A stretch of 64,000 nucleotides of DNA from Promethearchaeota archaeon (GCA_011364925.1 RDOA01000009.1:47291-111290); one strand, 5' to 3'; numbered from the stretch's first letter, positions 9,889 to 20,849 are shown. A program made the numbers and translations. The notes: generated from the letters alone by a model not told the origin.

Positions 9889-10980
9889 TTATAGATATTT
9901 TTCAGCAATAGAATTAAAAGCATCTATAAATTGATCATTTTCATCTTTGGTCCCGATAGTGACTCTTAAATAATTATAAAGTCCTGGTTTACTGAAATGT
10001 CTCACCATAATTTTGAGGTCTTTTAAGTCCCATAAAAACTTTAAGGTTGTTGATTTATCATCAAATTTAACGAATATAAAGTTCGCATCCGAAGGAAGAA
10101 CGCTGATTCCATTATAGCCATTCAATTTTTCTGAGAGTCTCTTTCTTTCTGCAATTATTTTATTATTTTGTTCGTAGACCTTATTCCTATGTCTGATACA
10201 AGAGATGGCTGCGAGTTGTGCTATATAATTAGTATTATATGGTAATTTAACACGATTCATTTCCTTAATGATCAGTGCATCCGCTAAAGCGTATCCAATT
10301 CTTAAAGAAGCCATTGAGAATGTTTTTGAGAAACTTCGACAAACTATTAAATTTTTTACATCTTTTAATAATGAAAGACAGGTAGTTTCAGAAAAATCTG
10401 CGTATGCTTCGTCTATTACAACAATTCCAGGAAACTGGGAGCAAATTTTAAGAATTGTATTATTATCAAAGGATTTTCCATTTGGATCGTTTGGAGAGTT
10501 TATAAACATTAACTTCCCTTTTTGGTTATAGGCACTATCTGGTATAGAAAAATCGTCATTTAGTTTTATTTCGTTAATTTTTGCATCGTAAAGATTAGCT
10601 AGAACTCTATACATGCTAAAAGAGGGATAGAATATAATTACCTCATCTCCCGGATTAACAAACACTTTAAATATAGTATCTAAAACTTCATCTGAACCAT
10701 TTCCTATAAACACCGTATTTCTATTAGTTAAGGTGTCTTTGTCTCTTAAAAGTTGGTTTAGAATTGCTTTACGAAGCTCAAGAGCAAATGGGTCGGGGTA
10801 CTTTTTTAGCAAAGATTCATCTTTTAAAGCAGAATTTATATCTTCGAGAATTTCTTTGATTGGGGGGTACGCATTTTCGTTTATATTTAATTGTATCCAA
10901 CCTTCAGTCTCTGCGTGCTCCTCCGTTTCATAAGAAGTAAACTTTTGAAGATGCTCTCTGAATAACTTTTCGATTTCCAT
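9889..10980 (-). CDS. hisC: Histidinol-phosphate aminotransferase
   Basis: LNINEN, GNGSDE, SPNDPNG, DEAY, RSFSKTFSMASLRIGY (PLP Lys), PSDANF. Confidence 0.92.
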   Translation of the reverse strand: MEIEKLFREHLQKFTSYETEEHAETEGWIQLNINENAYPPIKEILEDINSALKDESLLKKYPDPFALELRKAILNQLLRDKDTLTNRNTVFIGNGSDEVLDTIFKVFVNPGDEVIIFYPSFSMYRVLANLYDAKINEIKLNDDFSIPDSAYNQKGKLMFINSPNDPNGKSFDNNTILKICSQFPGIVVIDEAYADFSETTCLSLLKDVKNLIVCRSFSKTFSMASLRIGYALADALIIKEMNRVKLPYNTNYIAQLAAISCIRHRNKVYEQNNKIIAERKRLSEKLNGYNGISVLPSDANFIFVKFDDKSTTLKFLWDLKDLKIMVRHFSKPGLYNYLRVTIGTKDENDQFIDAFNSIAEKYL

Positions 10981-11203
10981 TTTGTTAACCTTGTATTTAG
11001 AAATAGATTAATTGCCAGTTAATTCTTAATGGTTAATAGTTAAAGTTACAAATTACTACCATTTATTTTTTGTCTTTATGCTCATTCTTTTTCAGTTTGA
11101 AAAAAAAAACATGATTGAAAAACCAATTTTTAAATGTATCAAATCTATTAATTTTATATTATTATTCAATGATGATAAAGATTTATTGTTGAGGAGTCTA
11201 TTC

Positions 11204-12097
11204 ATGGAATTCGCAATGATGTTTCAAGTTTTAGAAGGCGGAGTAAGCGAGCCTATCAAATGGTCAAAGGATAATCTTACGCCTGATAGTAATATAATCA
11301 TATTAGACGAAGGTTCTTCTTCGCTTTATTTGTGGTATGGGTCTAAACAAGGCTTAGTTTCGAGGAGAACTGCTCTTAGGCAAGCAGAATCGTTAAAAGG
11401 ACATGGATTTTCAGTTGGCAAGAGTATTGTTGGACGAGATATTAAAAATTTAAAAGAAATCGATCAAAGAAAAATTGGTCGTGTGCCCGAAATTGATGAA
11501 ATAAACGACGAACTCCAGACACTTTTATCCAGAAAATTTAAACCATTAGACGATTACACTGTTACCTTTGAATTGGAAGCAGAAATCCCTTCAGCTGTTA
11601 GATCTGCACCGAAGCTTGAACCTAAATTTGAGCCTAAACCTGAACCAAAATATACACCCGAACCCGTTCCCCAACCCGTTGGTATGGCGGAACCGATTAA
11701 AAAAGTAAAACCCCCCGAACCAAAAATGCTACGTGCCTCTGAATATGACACTGAAATCGATATTCCAACATCTAGCACACCCATCGAAAAAAATATTGTA
11801 AAACCTCCCCCAGTTCCTTTGGAACAAAAACCTCTCTTTTCAGAAGCTAAAGAAGAGCTTGATGTTCAAGCAAAGATTGGATTTGTGTTAATTGGAGTAC
11901 TGGACCACTATGACGATATATGGGTTTCGAAGAAAGAAGATGGGGGGTATTCTGTTGAACATATGGATGGAAAAGTATGTGAATTCTCAATTTTCGAAGG
12001 AAAAATTAAGTTCACTTCAGATTCTTTTTCAGGAATTTCTACCAAAATTAAATCGGAAATCCAAAAGAAATTTGTAGAGCTTTCAAAATTAATCTAA
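11204..12097 (+). CDS. Gelsolin-domain protein with Pro-rich linker and C-terminal domain (Asgard gelsolin-like)
   Basis: NLTPDSNIIILDEGSSSLYLWYGSKQGLVSRRTALRQAESL matches the gelsolin repeat. The ATG at 11204 is preceded by GAGGAG and is preferred over 11078. Confidence 0.75.
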   Translation: MEFAMMFQVLEGGVSEPIKWSKDNLTPDSNIIILDEGSSSLYLWYGSKQGLVSRRTALRQAESLKGHGFSVGKSIVGRDIKNLKEIDQRKIGRVPEIDEINDELQTLLSRKFKPLDDYTVTFELEAEIPSAVRSAPKLEPKFEPKPEPKYTPEPVPQPVGMAEPIKKVKPPEPKMLRASEYDTEIDIPTSSTPIEKNIVKPPPVPLEQKPLFSEAKEELDVQAKIGFVLIGVLDHYDDIWVSKKEDGGYSVEHMDGKVCEFSIFEGKIKFTSDSFSGISTKIKSEIQKKFVELSKLI

Positions 12098-12213
12098 AAA
12101 TTTTTTTCCTAATTTTTTAACATTGATGTTTAAATCTTAAGCTTATTTCTTAAATAATAAGAATTTCAATTATGACTTAACATTAATCTTAGAAAAAAGT
12201 ATAACATAATACA

Positions 12214-13971
12214 ATGAAATTTAAAAATTTAGCAGTGCTTTTTTCAGACCTAGAATCTACATCAAAGAGACTCGAAATGATAGATTTCTTGTCTAAATTC
12301 TTTGAAGAAGTAAAATCAAGTAATGAATTTCAGGATTTAGATAAAATTATATACTTACTGCAAGGTGAGTTAGTTTCAAACATTAAACAATTCCCTAAAA
12401 TTGGGATTGCTGAGAAGATGATTATTGAAGCTTTGTCTCTCCACTCTGGTATAGATAAAAAGAAAATAAAAGAAATTCTGATAAAGAAGGGGGATATCGG
12501 AGCTACTGCAGAATTAATATTAGCCAAAAAGAAAAAGCAAAAATCTCTATTCGATTTCGAAGAGAAACCAGAGGAATCTCTCCCTTCTCTAGAAATTTCA
12601 GAATTGTATTCAGCTTTACAAAAAATCGCTTTGAGTGAAGGAGTAGGATCACAAGATATAAAATTAGGGATACTAAGGGGTTTAATGAGAAAGTGCTCGC
12701 CATTAGAAAATAAGTATTTACTCCGAATAATTACCTCAACATTAAGAGTCGGAGTGTCAACTTTGACGATAATTGATGGTTTAGCTATAGGATTTACTGG
12801 TGTTAAAGAGAACAGGAACTTTATCGAAATGGCATATAATTTGCATCCTGATTTAGGGGATATTACAAAAATTCTAGCAAAAAAAGGGATTGGTGAAGTT
12901 CAAAAAATTGGAATAACTTATGGAATACCTATCAGAATGATGTTGGCTTCAAGAGTTCCTTATGGAGAAATAATCGAGAAACTTGGAAGTCCTTTTATTG
13001 CAGAGTATAAATTAGATGGAGAAAGACTTCAAATTCACAAACAAGGCCAAGATATAAAATTATTTTCTCGAAGATTGCTTGAAATATCTGAACAATACCC
13101 TGATGTATGTCAGACGATAAATGAAAATATCCAAGTCGATAATGTCATTATCGAGGGAGAAGTTGTTGCCATGGATTCCGTTTACGAAAAAATGCTACCA
13201 TTTCAAGTACTCAGTAAAAGACGGCGAAAATATGATGTAGAAGGTGTCATGAAGGAAGTCCCCGTTTGCCTTTTCCTATTTGATTTGTTAAAGTATAAAG
13301 ACGAATCTTTTATTGATAAACCATTCCTTGTACGAAGGAAAAAATTGGAGGAAATTGTATTAGAAAGAGATGAATTACGTATAGTTAAATCAGTCTTAAT
13401 CAATAATACTGATGAACTCTTAGAGTTTTTTAACATTGCTAGAAATGAAGGAAATGAGGGTGTTATGGCTAAATCTATCAAAGATAATTCTGTTTATCAA
13501 GCAGGAAATAGAGGTTTTCTGTGGATAAAATTAAAAGGATTAGAGGGAGGAAAGCTAAAAGATACGGTTGATGTTGTATTAATTGGAGCTTTTTACGGAA
13601 AAGGTCGTAGAACTGGTGTGTATGGAACTTACATCGGAGCGGTATATGACCCCATAAATGGAATCTTTATTGCTTTTACTAGATTTTTTTCAGGATTGAC
13701 AGATGAACTTTCAGAGTCCCTAACCAAACAAATGGAGACATATAAAACAGAAAAAAAACCTAAAAATGTTATTTGTGAAGATATTCCAGATGTTTGGCTG
13801 GAACCAGAAATCGTGGTGGAAATTTTTGGAGATGAGATAACAGTTAGTGAGAAATTTCCCGCTTTAGGTTATTCTATGAGATTCCCTGTCTTCCAAAGAG
13901 TTCGTCCTGAAAAAGGTCCCGTAGATATAACAACAGTCGATGAAATTAAAAGCCTGTATGAATCTCAATAA
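12214..13971 (+). CDS. lig: ATP-dependent DNA ligase
   Basis: EYKLDGER (motif I), EGEVV, FDLL, EGVMAK, WIKLK, RFPVFQRVR. Confidence 0.97.
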   Translation: MKFKNLAVLFSDLESTSKRLEMIDFLSKFFEEVKSSNEFQDLDKIIYLLQGELVSNIKQFPKIGIAEKMIIEALSLHSGIDKKKIKEILIKKGDIGATAELILAKKKKQKSLFDFEEKPEESLPSLEISELYSALQKIALSEGVGSQDIKLGILRGLMRKCSPLENKYLLRIITSTLRVGVSTLTIIDGLAIGFTGVKENRNFIEMAYNLHPDLGDITKILAKKGIGEVQKIGITYGIPIRMMLASRVPYGEIIEKLGSPFIAEYKLDGERLQIHKQGQDIKLFSRRLLEISEQYPDVCQTINENIQVDNVIIEGEVVAMDSVYEKMLPFQVLSKRRRKYDVEGVMKEVPVCLFLFDLLKYKDESFIDKPFLVRRKKLEEIVLERDELRIVKSVLINNTDELLEFFNIARNEGNEGVMAKSIKDNSVYQAGNRGFLWIKLKGLEGGKLKDTVDVVLIGAFYGKGRRTGVYGTYIGAVYDPINGIFIAFTRFFSGLTDELSESLTKQMETYKTEKKPKNVICEDIPDVWLEPEIVVEIFGDEITVSEKFPALGYSMRFPVFQRVRPEKGPVDITTVDEIKSLYESQ

Positions 13972-13995
13972 TAACTAGTCAAATTAATTTGAGTG

Positions 13996-14988
13996 TTAAA
14001 TTAGTTCATTATATGTCTCATAAATAGCTTTAGCAGTTTCTTTTATGTCTAACTTATTCGCGGTATTGAAACCGTTTAGGGCAATCCTTTTTCTCTCTTC
14101 AGGATTGTTTATCAAATAATAGATTTTTTCAACAAATTCTTTGTTATTTCTCGCTTTGAGACAGTTTTCACCATTAAAAAACCTACCCATATAAGTCGGT
14201 AAATCACGAATTACAACGGGTAAACCACAACTCATTGCTTCTAAGATTGCGATACCTTCTCCCTCATAATATGACGGAAAACAGAAGATATCACCTCCAG
14301 AGTAAGCTGCAGTTATATCCTTAACATAACCAGGCATAAATAAGTTACTCGTGTTAACCATAAAATCTGGTTGAATCAACGGAAATGCACGTTTCCCCAC
14401 CCATAAGAATGAATGTTCGGTAATTTCTCTTGAGAATTCGATAAAGTCATAAAAACCCTTTCTTTCTATGGGCATTCCCACGCACATTACGGTTGTATTA
14501 TTGAGGTTATACTCTCTTCTAAATTGTTTTCTTTTCTCAAGAGAGGCCTTAAATCGTTCTGTGTCAACTCCATTTGAAATAATCTTTATTGGCTTATCGA
14601 CTCTGAGCTCTCTCCTCACAATATTTCGAGAGTGTTGAGTTGGGCAGATTACGACATCACCAAATTTATAATATCTAGTAATATACAACTTAAAAAGCGC
14701 AGAGATTTGTTTTGAAAATAAAAATGCATTATCAGTATCATAGTGAGTTTGGTGAGCAGATATTATGATTGGTTTCTTCAATTTGATTGCTTTTTTCATT
14801 AGATGAAATGTTATAGGAAAACAGCCATGAGAGTGAACTAGATCATAATCTTTTCCGTAATAATTAAACATAACCTTCGCATATTTCTTAATTTCGTCTG
14901 CTTGGGTCATAGTAGCAACTAAAGCTCCATTAATGCCAACAAATTTCCGAAAAAGATGGAATTCAGATAAGAAATTTACCTTTAGCAT
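13996..14988 (-). CDS. Glycosyltransferase family 4
   Basis: ISNGVD, RKG, FPSYYEGEGIAILEAMSCGLPV. Confidence 0.9.
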   Translation of the reverse strand: MLKVNFLSEFHLFRKFVGINGALVATMTQADEIKKYAKVMFNYYGKDYDLVHSHGCFPITFHLMKKAIKLKKPIIISAHQTHYDTDNAFLFSKQISALFKLYITRYYKFGDVVICPTQHSRNIVRRELRVDKPIKIISNGVDTERFKASLEKRKQFRREYNLNNTTVMCVGMPIERKGFYDFIEFSREITEHSFLWVGKRAFPLIQPDFMVNTSNLFMPGYVKDITAAYSGGDIFCFPSYYEGEGIAILEAMSCGLPVVIRDLPTYMGRFFNGENCLKARNNKEFVEKIYYLINNPEERKRIALNGFNTANKLDIKETAKAIYETYNELI

Positions 14989-15081
14989 TTTAATAATAAA
15001 ATTGTTAAACTCATTTGTGTATAATAAACCGTATTTTTTAAACTCATTAGACCACGCTTAATAAATATATGAGATACATAT

Positions 15082-16470
15082 TCATAAAAATACATTAATT
15101 CCTAATGTTTCCAACTTCTTTATATTTTCGGTGTTTATGTCAAGATCATTGTCACCAAGATATAACTCTTCTAAGCTTTCAAGATTGTATATAGATCGTG
15201 GAAGTAACTTCAATTTATTCCTTGCTAAATTTAATATTTTTAACTTTTTTAAATTTCCAATTGTTTCTGGTATAGATTCTAAATTGTTGTCTCCTAAATT
15301 TAAAATTTCTAAAGAAGATAAGGAATCGATTAAAGAAGGAACTTGGACTAATTCGTTTCTCTCAAGATCTAAGGATTTAAGCGAGCGCAAAAGAGTAATT
15401 GATAGTGGAAGATTCGTTAGCAAGTTCCAACTCAAATTTAAAATCTCTAATGATTTAAGAGAAGAAATAGAATTAGGAATATCAACTAGTTTATTATCAT
15501 GAAGATTTAATTCTTTAAGATTTTTTAAATTCCCTATATTATAAGGTAACATTTTTAGTTGGTTCAATCTTAAGTTCAGATGTTCTAGAGCCTCTAATGA
15601 ACAAATGGAATCTGGTAGATTTTGGAGCTCATTCTTCCAAAGTAATAATTCTTTTAAATGCAAAAGAGAACCTATAGATGTTGGAAGTTTATTTATATAG
15701 TTTACATTTAGGTTAAGTGATTCCAAGGAAGTTAAAGAACAGATCCATTCAGGAATTTCGGTAATTTGATTATATCTTAAAGCCAATTTCTTAAGATTTG
15801 TAAGATGTTTTAAAACATTGGGTAGTTTTGTTAAGCCTTTAAAAATAAAATCTAACTCTATAATTTTGCATTTATTTACGGTGTATTTCAATCTCCAGTA
15901 AGATTTTTTTAAAAATACTAAAGAAAAGTAATTTCTTAAGATATCTGCTAACTCATCTATAGTAAAATCTCTGCCTAATGAAGTAGATTTTAAGTTTTCA
16001 AGATCTATCCGAAAATCTTTATCGATAATCGCTTTTATTTCGTGAATTAAAATTAATTTAGCTGTTGGTTCATTATTTTTCAATAGATTATTGATTATCT
16101 TAATTAAGGAATGATAAATTGTTTCTAAACAAAGGGGAGATTCTTCATGATGTAAAGCCCACCTTATTGGTTCTAAGGCCTTTTGTTTGTATTCATGACA
16201 TAAAATAAGAGCAGCTTCATTTCTTATTAACTCGTCTGTATCCGATATAAGTAAATTTTCAAAGAAGTTCATCATAGTCTCACTATTGTCTTCAAGACTG
16301 CCAAATTCAATACTAATTTCTCGTAATACTTGAAGGCTTTCTAATCTATGTTTGACATTTGTACTGTTTTCAATTAATGCTATTAAGTGCTGAGTAGCTG
16401 ATTGCTTGTCTAAGATGTTCTTTTTTAATTTATCAAGAATTATTGATGGTGTACGGCTCTTAATGCTCAT
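15082..16470 (-). CDS. HEAT-repeat N-terminal / leucine-rich-repeat protein
   Basis: Same N-terminal module as 7448-8446 (ENLLISDTDELIRNEAA); about 10 regular 23-aa LPxSIxxLxxLxxLxLxxN repeats. Confidence 0.9.
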   Translation of the reverse strand: MSIKSRTPSIILDKLKKNILDKQSATQHLIALIENSTNVKHRLESLQVLREISIEFGSLEDNSETMMNFFENLLISDTDELIRNEAALILCHEYKQKALEPIRWALHHEESPLCLETIYHSLIKIINNLLKNNEPTAKLILIHEIKAIIDKDFRIDLENLKSTSLGRDFTIDELADILRNYFSLVFLKKSYWRLKYTVNKCKIIELDFIFKGLTKLPNVLKHLTNLKKLALRYNQITEIPEWICSLTSLESLNLNVNYINKLPTSIGSLLHLKELLLWKNELQNLPDSICSLEALEHLNLRLNQLKMLPYNIGNLKNLKELNLHDNKLVDIPNSISSLKSLEILNLSWNLLTNLPLSITLLRSLKSLDLERNELVQVPSLIDSLSSLEILNLGDNNLESIPETIGNLKKLKILNLARNKLKLLPRSIYNLESLEELYLGDNDLDINTENIKKLETLGINVFL

Positions 16471-16477
16471 CCCTCAA

Positions 16478-17977
16478 TTATTTAAAGATATTTAAACCTT
16501 TCTTTTCTAACTCGCTTAAGAAGTTTGGTATTTCTTCAATATCAGTGAAGTTTAAATCTAAGATTCTTAAAGATGTAAGATTTTCTAAGGTTTTTGGGAG
16601 ACACTTTACTCTATTCCCCCATAAACATAACTCTTCTAGAGATTTTAGCGATCCAATCCAACTAGGTAAACTTTCAAAACGATTCCAGCTCAGATTTAAT
16701 ACTTTTAAATTTTTTAATGCGCTAAATGACTTAGGTAATGATGTAAGCGAATTATTCCATAACATTAAGACTTTCAGATTGGAAAGCGTTCCAATTGAAC
16801 TAGGAAGAACGGACAATTGATTATCAAATAAATTTAAAACCTCTAACGATTGAAATACTTGAATCCAATTAGGAAGATACGATAACTCGTTTCCCCCTAA
16901 TCCTAATTTTTTTAAAGATTTAAGAAATTTAATGTTTTTCGGAATATGTTCGAGACTATTCAATCCTAATTCTAATTGTGTTAAAGAACTCATCCCTTTA
17001 AAAGAAATGTTAAGCTTACTTAAATTGTTTCCATGTAAATCTAATAATTCTAGGTTTAACAAATTATTTATTGAACTAGGCAACGAAGTCAATTCATTAG
17101 CTCTTAAGTCTAAATGCGTTAAAGAATGTAGAAAGCCAACAGAATTTGGGAGAGATTTAATTTTGTTATACCTCAAATTCAGATATTTCAAGTTATTCAG
17201 AGAACCAATAGAATTGGGCAGAGATTTAATTTTATTGTAGCTTAGATCGAGGTATTTTATTGAAGATAAATTTCCAATTGTTTCAGGTACCGTAGTGAGT
17301 CTATTAAATTTTAAATCTAACACATCTAACGAAGTTAAATATTCAATGAAATCAGGGAATCTGTTCAATATCGTCCATCCAAAAACGTGGCTACTCACAT
17401 CTGATAAATCTAACTGAGAGATCAACCCATCCCTTACTTGATAATTAATCTGACCGAACTTTCTCTCCAAATCTGTTATAACAAAATAATTCTCAACAAT
17501 TTGAGATAATTCAAGATTTGAGAAGCTTTCAAATGGTCTTTTATCAAATAATATTTTCAAACTTTCTGCTATCTTTTCGTTTGTAATTCCATCGATTTTA
17601 TTTTTAAGTAATGATCTTGAATGAGGTGTGTCAATTTTCCCTAAGATTTTAGAGACCGTCAATAAACATCTTAAAGACTCTTCATGTTCTAAAACCCAGT
17701 TTAACGGTTCAAGGGCTATATCCAGAAAGATTCGTTCTATTACAGTCGCAGCGGTATACCTTATAATTTCATGCGTATCTGAAATTAATAAATTTTCTAA
17801 TAATTTGAAAACAATATCTGTATTAGCGTTAATATCAGCTAAAACGCTGATACTATCAATTCGAACTTGTATATCTTCACTGTTTTCTATTATTGAAACG
17901 AGTTGATCTATTGCAGAATTTTTATCTAATCTTTTATTCTGATAATTTTTTTTAATGAGTTGAGAAGATAATTCCAT
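16478..17977 (-). CDS. HEAT-repeat N-terminal / leucine-rich-repeat protein
   Basis: ENLLISDTHEIIRYTAA module; about 12 regular 23-aa LRRs. Confidence 0.9.
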   Translation of the reverse strand: MELSSQLIKKNYQNKRLDKNSAIDQLVSIIENSEDIQVRIDSISVLADINANTDIVFKLLENLLISDTHEIIRYTAATVIERIFLDIALEPLNWVLEHEESLRCLLTVSKILGKIDTPHSRSLLKNKIDGITNEKIAESLKILFDKRPFESFSNLELSQIVENYFVITDLERKFGQINYQVRDGLISQLDLSDVSSHVFGWTILNRFPDFIEYLTSLDVLDLKFNRLTTVPETIGNLSSIKYLDLSYNKIKSLPNSIGSLNNLKYLNLRYNKIKSLPNSVGFLHSLTHLDLRANELTSLPSSINNLLNLELLDLHGNNLSKLNISFKGMSSLTQLELGLNSLEHIPKNIKFLKSLKKLGLGGNELSYLPNWIQVFQSLEVLNLFDNQLSVLPSSIGTLSNLKVLMLWNNSLTSLPKSFSALKNLKVLNLSWNRFESLPSWIGSLKSLEELCLWGNRVKCLPKTLENLTSLRILDLNFTDIEEIPNFLSELEKKGLNIFK

Positions 17978-18132
17978 TAATCTTCGATATTCGGGTTGAT
18001 TATTTAAATTTATTATTATATGCCATTAAATTTGTGATGAGTCAATGTTATAATAACATTTTTCAAAAAAAAAAGAGATTTTAATAAAAAAAAATGTGGT
18101 AGATTAGACATTTAAAAATTCAATCCGTAAAT

Positions 18133-18627
18133 TTATTCTTTATCTGGTGGTTTTCTTCCTAACCAATTTTCGTAGAATACATCAATTTCAGGCAAGAAAT
18201 TGAATATTACAGGATATCCGGGAGGAACAGCCTCAACATCTAGTAACGAAAAACAACCAGGACAAAAATATTCTCTGAGCTCTTCCCATTCGGGATCACA
18301 CCCCATATCTTTAGGATAAAGTTCTTCAATTGCCTCAAAAGTGTCTCTTACGCGTATCTTACATTTTGTTTTCCAGTTAATCCTATAATCTCCAAATTCA
18401 TATCCACAATCACATTTTACAATTCGTTCCCCATTTTTCGAAACAATATAAAGATGCTCGTGAAGAGGCAGGATAATTGGTTCTTTCCAGTTAAGTTTCT
18501 CTTGTAGAATCTCAATAATCGCGTCGAATCGATTAGGATCTTTATGATCTCCTATAATCGGTTTAAGTTGTTCCCAAGGCAATTGTCCATCTAACATCCT
18601 CTGTAAAGTTTTCTTATCTTCTTTCAT
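18133..18627 (-). CDS. acxC: Acetone carboxylase gamma subunit
   Basis: KDPNRF, VKCDCGYEFGDYRINWK, REYFCPGC...LLDVEAVPPGYP, FLPEIDVFY. Confidence 0.92.
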   Translation of the reverse strand: MKEDKKTLQRMLDGQLPWEQLKPIIGDHKDPNRFDAIIEILQEKLNWKEPIILPLHEHLYIVSKNGERIVKCDCGYEFGDYRINWKTKCKIRVRDTFEAIEELYPKDMGCDPEWEELREYFCPGCFSLLDVEAVPPGYPVIFNFLPEIDVFYENWLGRKPPDKE

Positions 18628-18630
18628 TTC

Positions 18631-20847
18631 TTAATCTCCTCCCATCTGGAAATCCTCAGGGAATTTCCAAAATTCTTTAAATTCTTTGCTCCATGTTTTT
18701 GAAAGTTTAAGACTTTCAGAATACATTCTATTCACGTGTTCAGAAAGTTCTCCTTCAGTTATCTTTTTACGTTCATATTTCCAGAATTCTTCAAAATTCA
18801 TAGATTTTTCTTCTCTCTCCTTCTTGATCTCTTCTCTATGTTTTGTTGATTCTTCTACATCGATTTCCCACTCTTTTGTTGTCTTTTCATATTTAGCGAC
18901 AACACCAAATACGTTATTCACTGTTTCTGGAGTATATAAACCATCATCAAGATCTTGCTTAATGCTTTCTAATTTTCTCTCAAGAGGATCTCCATAACCA
19001 GGACCCCCACTTTCTGAAAAATGTATAATATCATAATTATGAAGAGAAATGGGATAAATTGTTCCATACGGTTTTCTTTCTATGTCACCTTCTAAAAACC
19101 TCTCAAATTCTCCATTACGCGTATCGTCATCACTTATAGGGTAATCTTGTTTATTTTGAAATATTTCTGCTAAATTTGTATTGGTAGCTTGTAATCTGTA
19201 ACTAGTAGAATTTGGATATCCACCATGCATACCTCCTGATCCATGAAAAACCAATCCTTCCCTTCCAGCAAAAAATTCAACCTTTTCTGAATTTGCAATG
19301 AAAGCTACTGATCCATAGTTCCCTCCTCCTCGATATTTTCCAAATCCTGCAACATTAGGTTTCACTTTTCTCGACAAGTAAGGAATACCTCCTTGGAAAA
19401 GCTCCCAGGTTTCTACATCTCCAAGATCAGACTCGGGATTCCACATAGCATAACCCCAATTTAAGCCATCTCTAACAGCACTAGCACCTAAACCTTGACC
19501 TGAAATTTCAAAGGTTGATAGCATCCATCTTTCACCCTTCAAAGGTCCCGCATTAAATATACCTCCACCTTGAATAGAATCACCCGTAAATCCATATCCA
19601 GGAACAACTTCTTCTCTAAATCCTCGTGCAAATAATCCATACGATAAGCATTTCATCATAGCTGTATAAGCAGGAATCAGATTTCCCCATGGAGCTTGAT
19701 AGGAAAGATAAGGATCTCCCGGATTAGCCCAAGAACCTAATGGATAATTTTTCTCAACAGCATAATATGCACCATCATTTACCTTATCCCCATAGATTAA
19801 AACCTGTGTTAATAGGACCCACTGACCTCCTTCCATAGCACCCTTATCACAATTAAAAGCGTTAGCGCCTCCTGCACTGGCACCGTCAAACGAAACGGAA
19901 AACTTTCCATCCTCCTTAACAATAATTTCAAGGGGATGATTAGAAATTCGATTTTCTTTTGCTAAGGGAACCCATGCTTGGTGTTTCATTGGAAGGTCCA
20001 TAAAGGAAGAAGCCCGATATCTTCCTGGAATCAGCCTTTCTTTGACTCTCTTCTGAAGTATTTGCCTCCCTTCTTCTATAGCTTCCCGTATAAATTTCTT
20101 ATAATATTCGATACCTTCTCTCTCGATGAACTCAAAAACCGCGTCTCTTATCATTAAGTTCCCAGCAAGACGGCATTTTTCATCAAGCTCCCAATACATA
20201 GGACTTCTCACAGCTTTTTTTGCGCTTATCATATGATCCCGCCAGATTTTATCATTCGATCCAATTTTTAGGCAAGTGTAATAAGCACCATCATCGAACC
20301 TCTGGATTGAAGATACTAAAGTATGACCTGGTGTTATTCCACCAATATCTATTTGATGAGTTACACCTCCAGCCCATCCGATGAGTTCTTCTTCCCAAAA
20401 GATTGGAATTAATGTCTGCACATCAGTTGTGTGAACATTTCCACACTGCGGATCATTATTTAAAAAGATATCTCCTTGATTAATTGTAGGATTCTCTTCA
20501 TACCCTTCCCGAATCATAAATTTGATGCCTTCGCTCATTGTATGGATGTGTACCAATATACCCGTAGAAACAGCAATTGAATCTCCCTCTGGGGTATATA
20601 ATCCAAAACATAATTCTCCAATCTCTGTTACAATAGGTGATGCTGCGACATGTAAAGCTGTTTCTCTAGCAGAAACTAAAGCTCCTCTTAAACTCGCATA
20701 TGCTCTCTCATATCTAAACGGATTTTCTTCCTTTAAGCTTAAATGTTCAATCCCATAATAAGATTTCTTGTCTTCAAGTAATTTTTCGCTCTCTTCAAGC
20801 ATGCTTTTAAGCGACTTTCCATTCCAACCGATATTTTTAGACTCCAT
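18631..20847 (-). CDS. acxB: Acetone carboxylase alpha subunit (hydantoinase B/oxoprolinase family)
   Basis: AASPIV..GELCFGLY, NNDPQCGNVHTTDV and GGVTHQID metal ligands, GGPGYGDPLER. Confidence 0.9.
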   Translation of the reverse strand: MESKNIGWNGKSLKSMLEESEKLLEDKKSYYGIEHLSLKEENPFRYERAYASLRGALVSARETALHVAASPIVTEIGELCFGLYTPEGDSIAVSTGILVHIHTMSEGIKFMIREGYEENPTINQGDIFLNNDPQCGNVHTTDVQTLIPIFWEEELIGWAGGVTHQIDIGGITPGHTLVSSIQRFDDGAYYTCLKIGSNDKIWRDHMISAKKAVRSPMYWELDEKCRLAGNLMIRDAVFEFIEREGIEYYKKFIREAIEEGRQILQKRVKERLIPGRYRASSFMDLPMKHQAWVPLAKENRISNHPLEIIVKEDGKFSVSFDGASAGGANAFNCDKGAMEGGQWVLLTQVLIYGDKVNDGAYYAVEKNYPLGSWANPGDPYLSYQAPWGNLIPAYTAMMKCLSYGLFARGFREEVVPGYGFTGDSIQGGGIFNAGPLKGERWMLSTFEISGQGLGASAVRDGLNWGYAMWNPESDLGDVETWELFQGGIPYLSRKVKPNVAGFGKYRGGGNYGSVAFIANSEKVEFFAGREGLVFHGSGGMHGGYPNSTSYRLQATNTNLAEIFQNKQDYPISDDDTRNGEFERFLEGDIERKPYGTIYPISLHNYDIIHFSESGGPGYGDPLERKLESIKQDLDDGLYTPETVNNVFGVVAKYEKTTKEWEIDVEESTKHREEIKKEREEKSMNFEEFWKYERKKITEGELSEHVNRMYSESLKLSKTWSKEFKEFWKFPEDFQMGGD

Positions 20848-20849
20848 TT

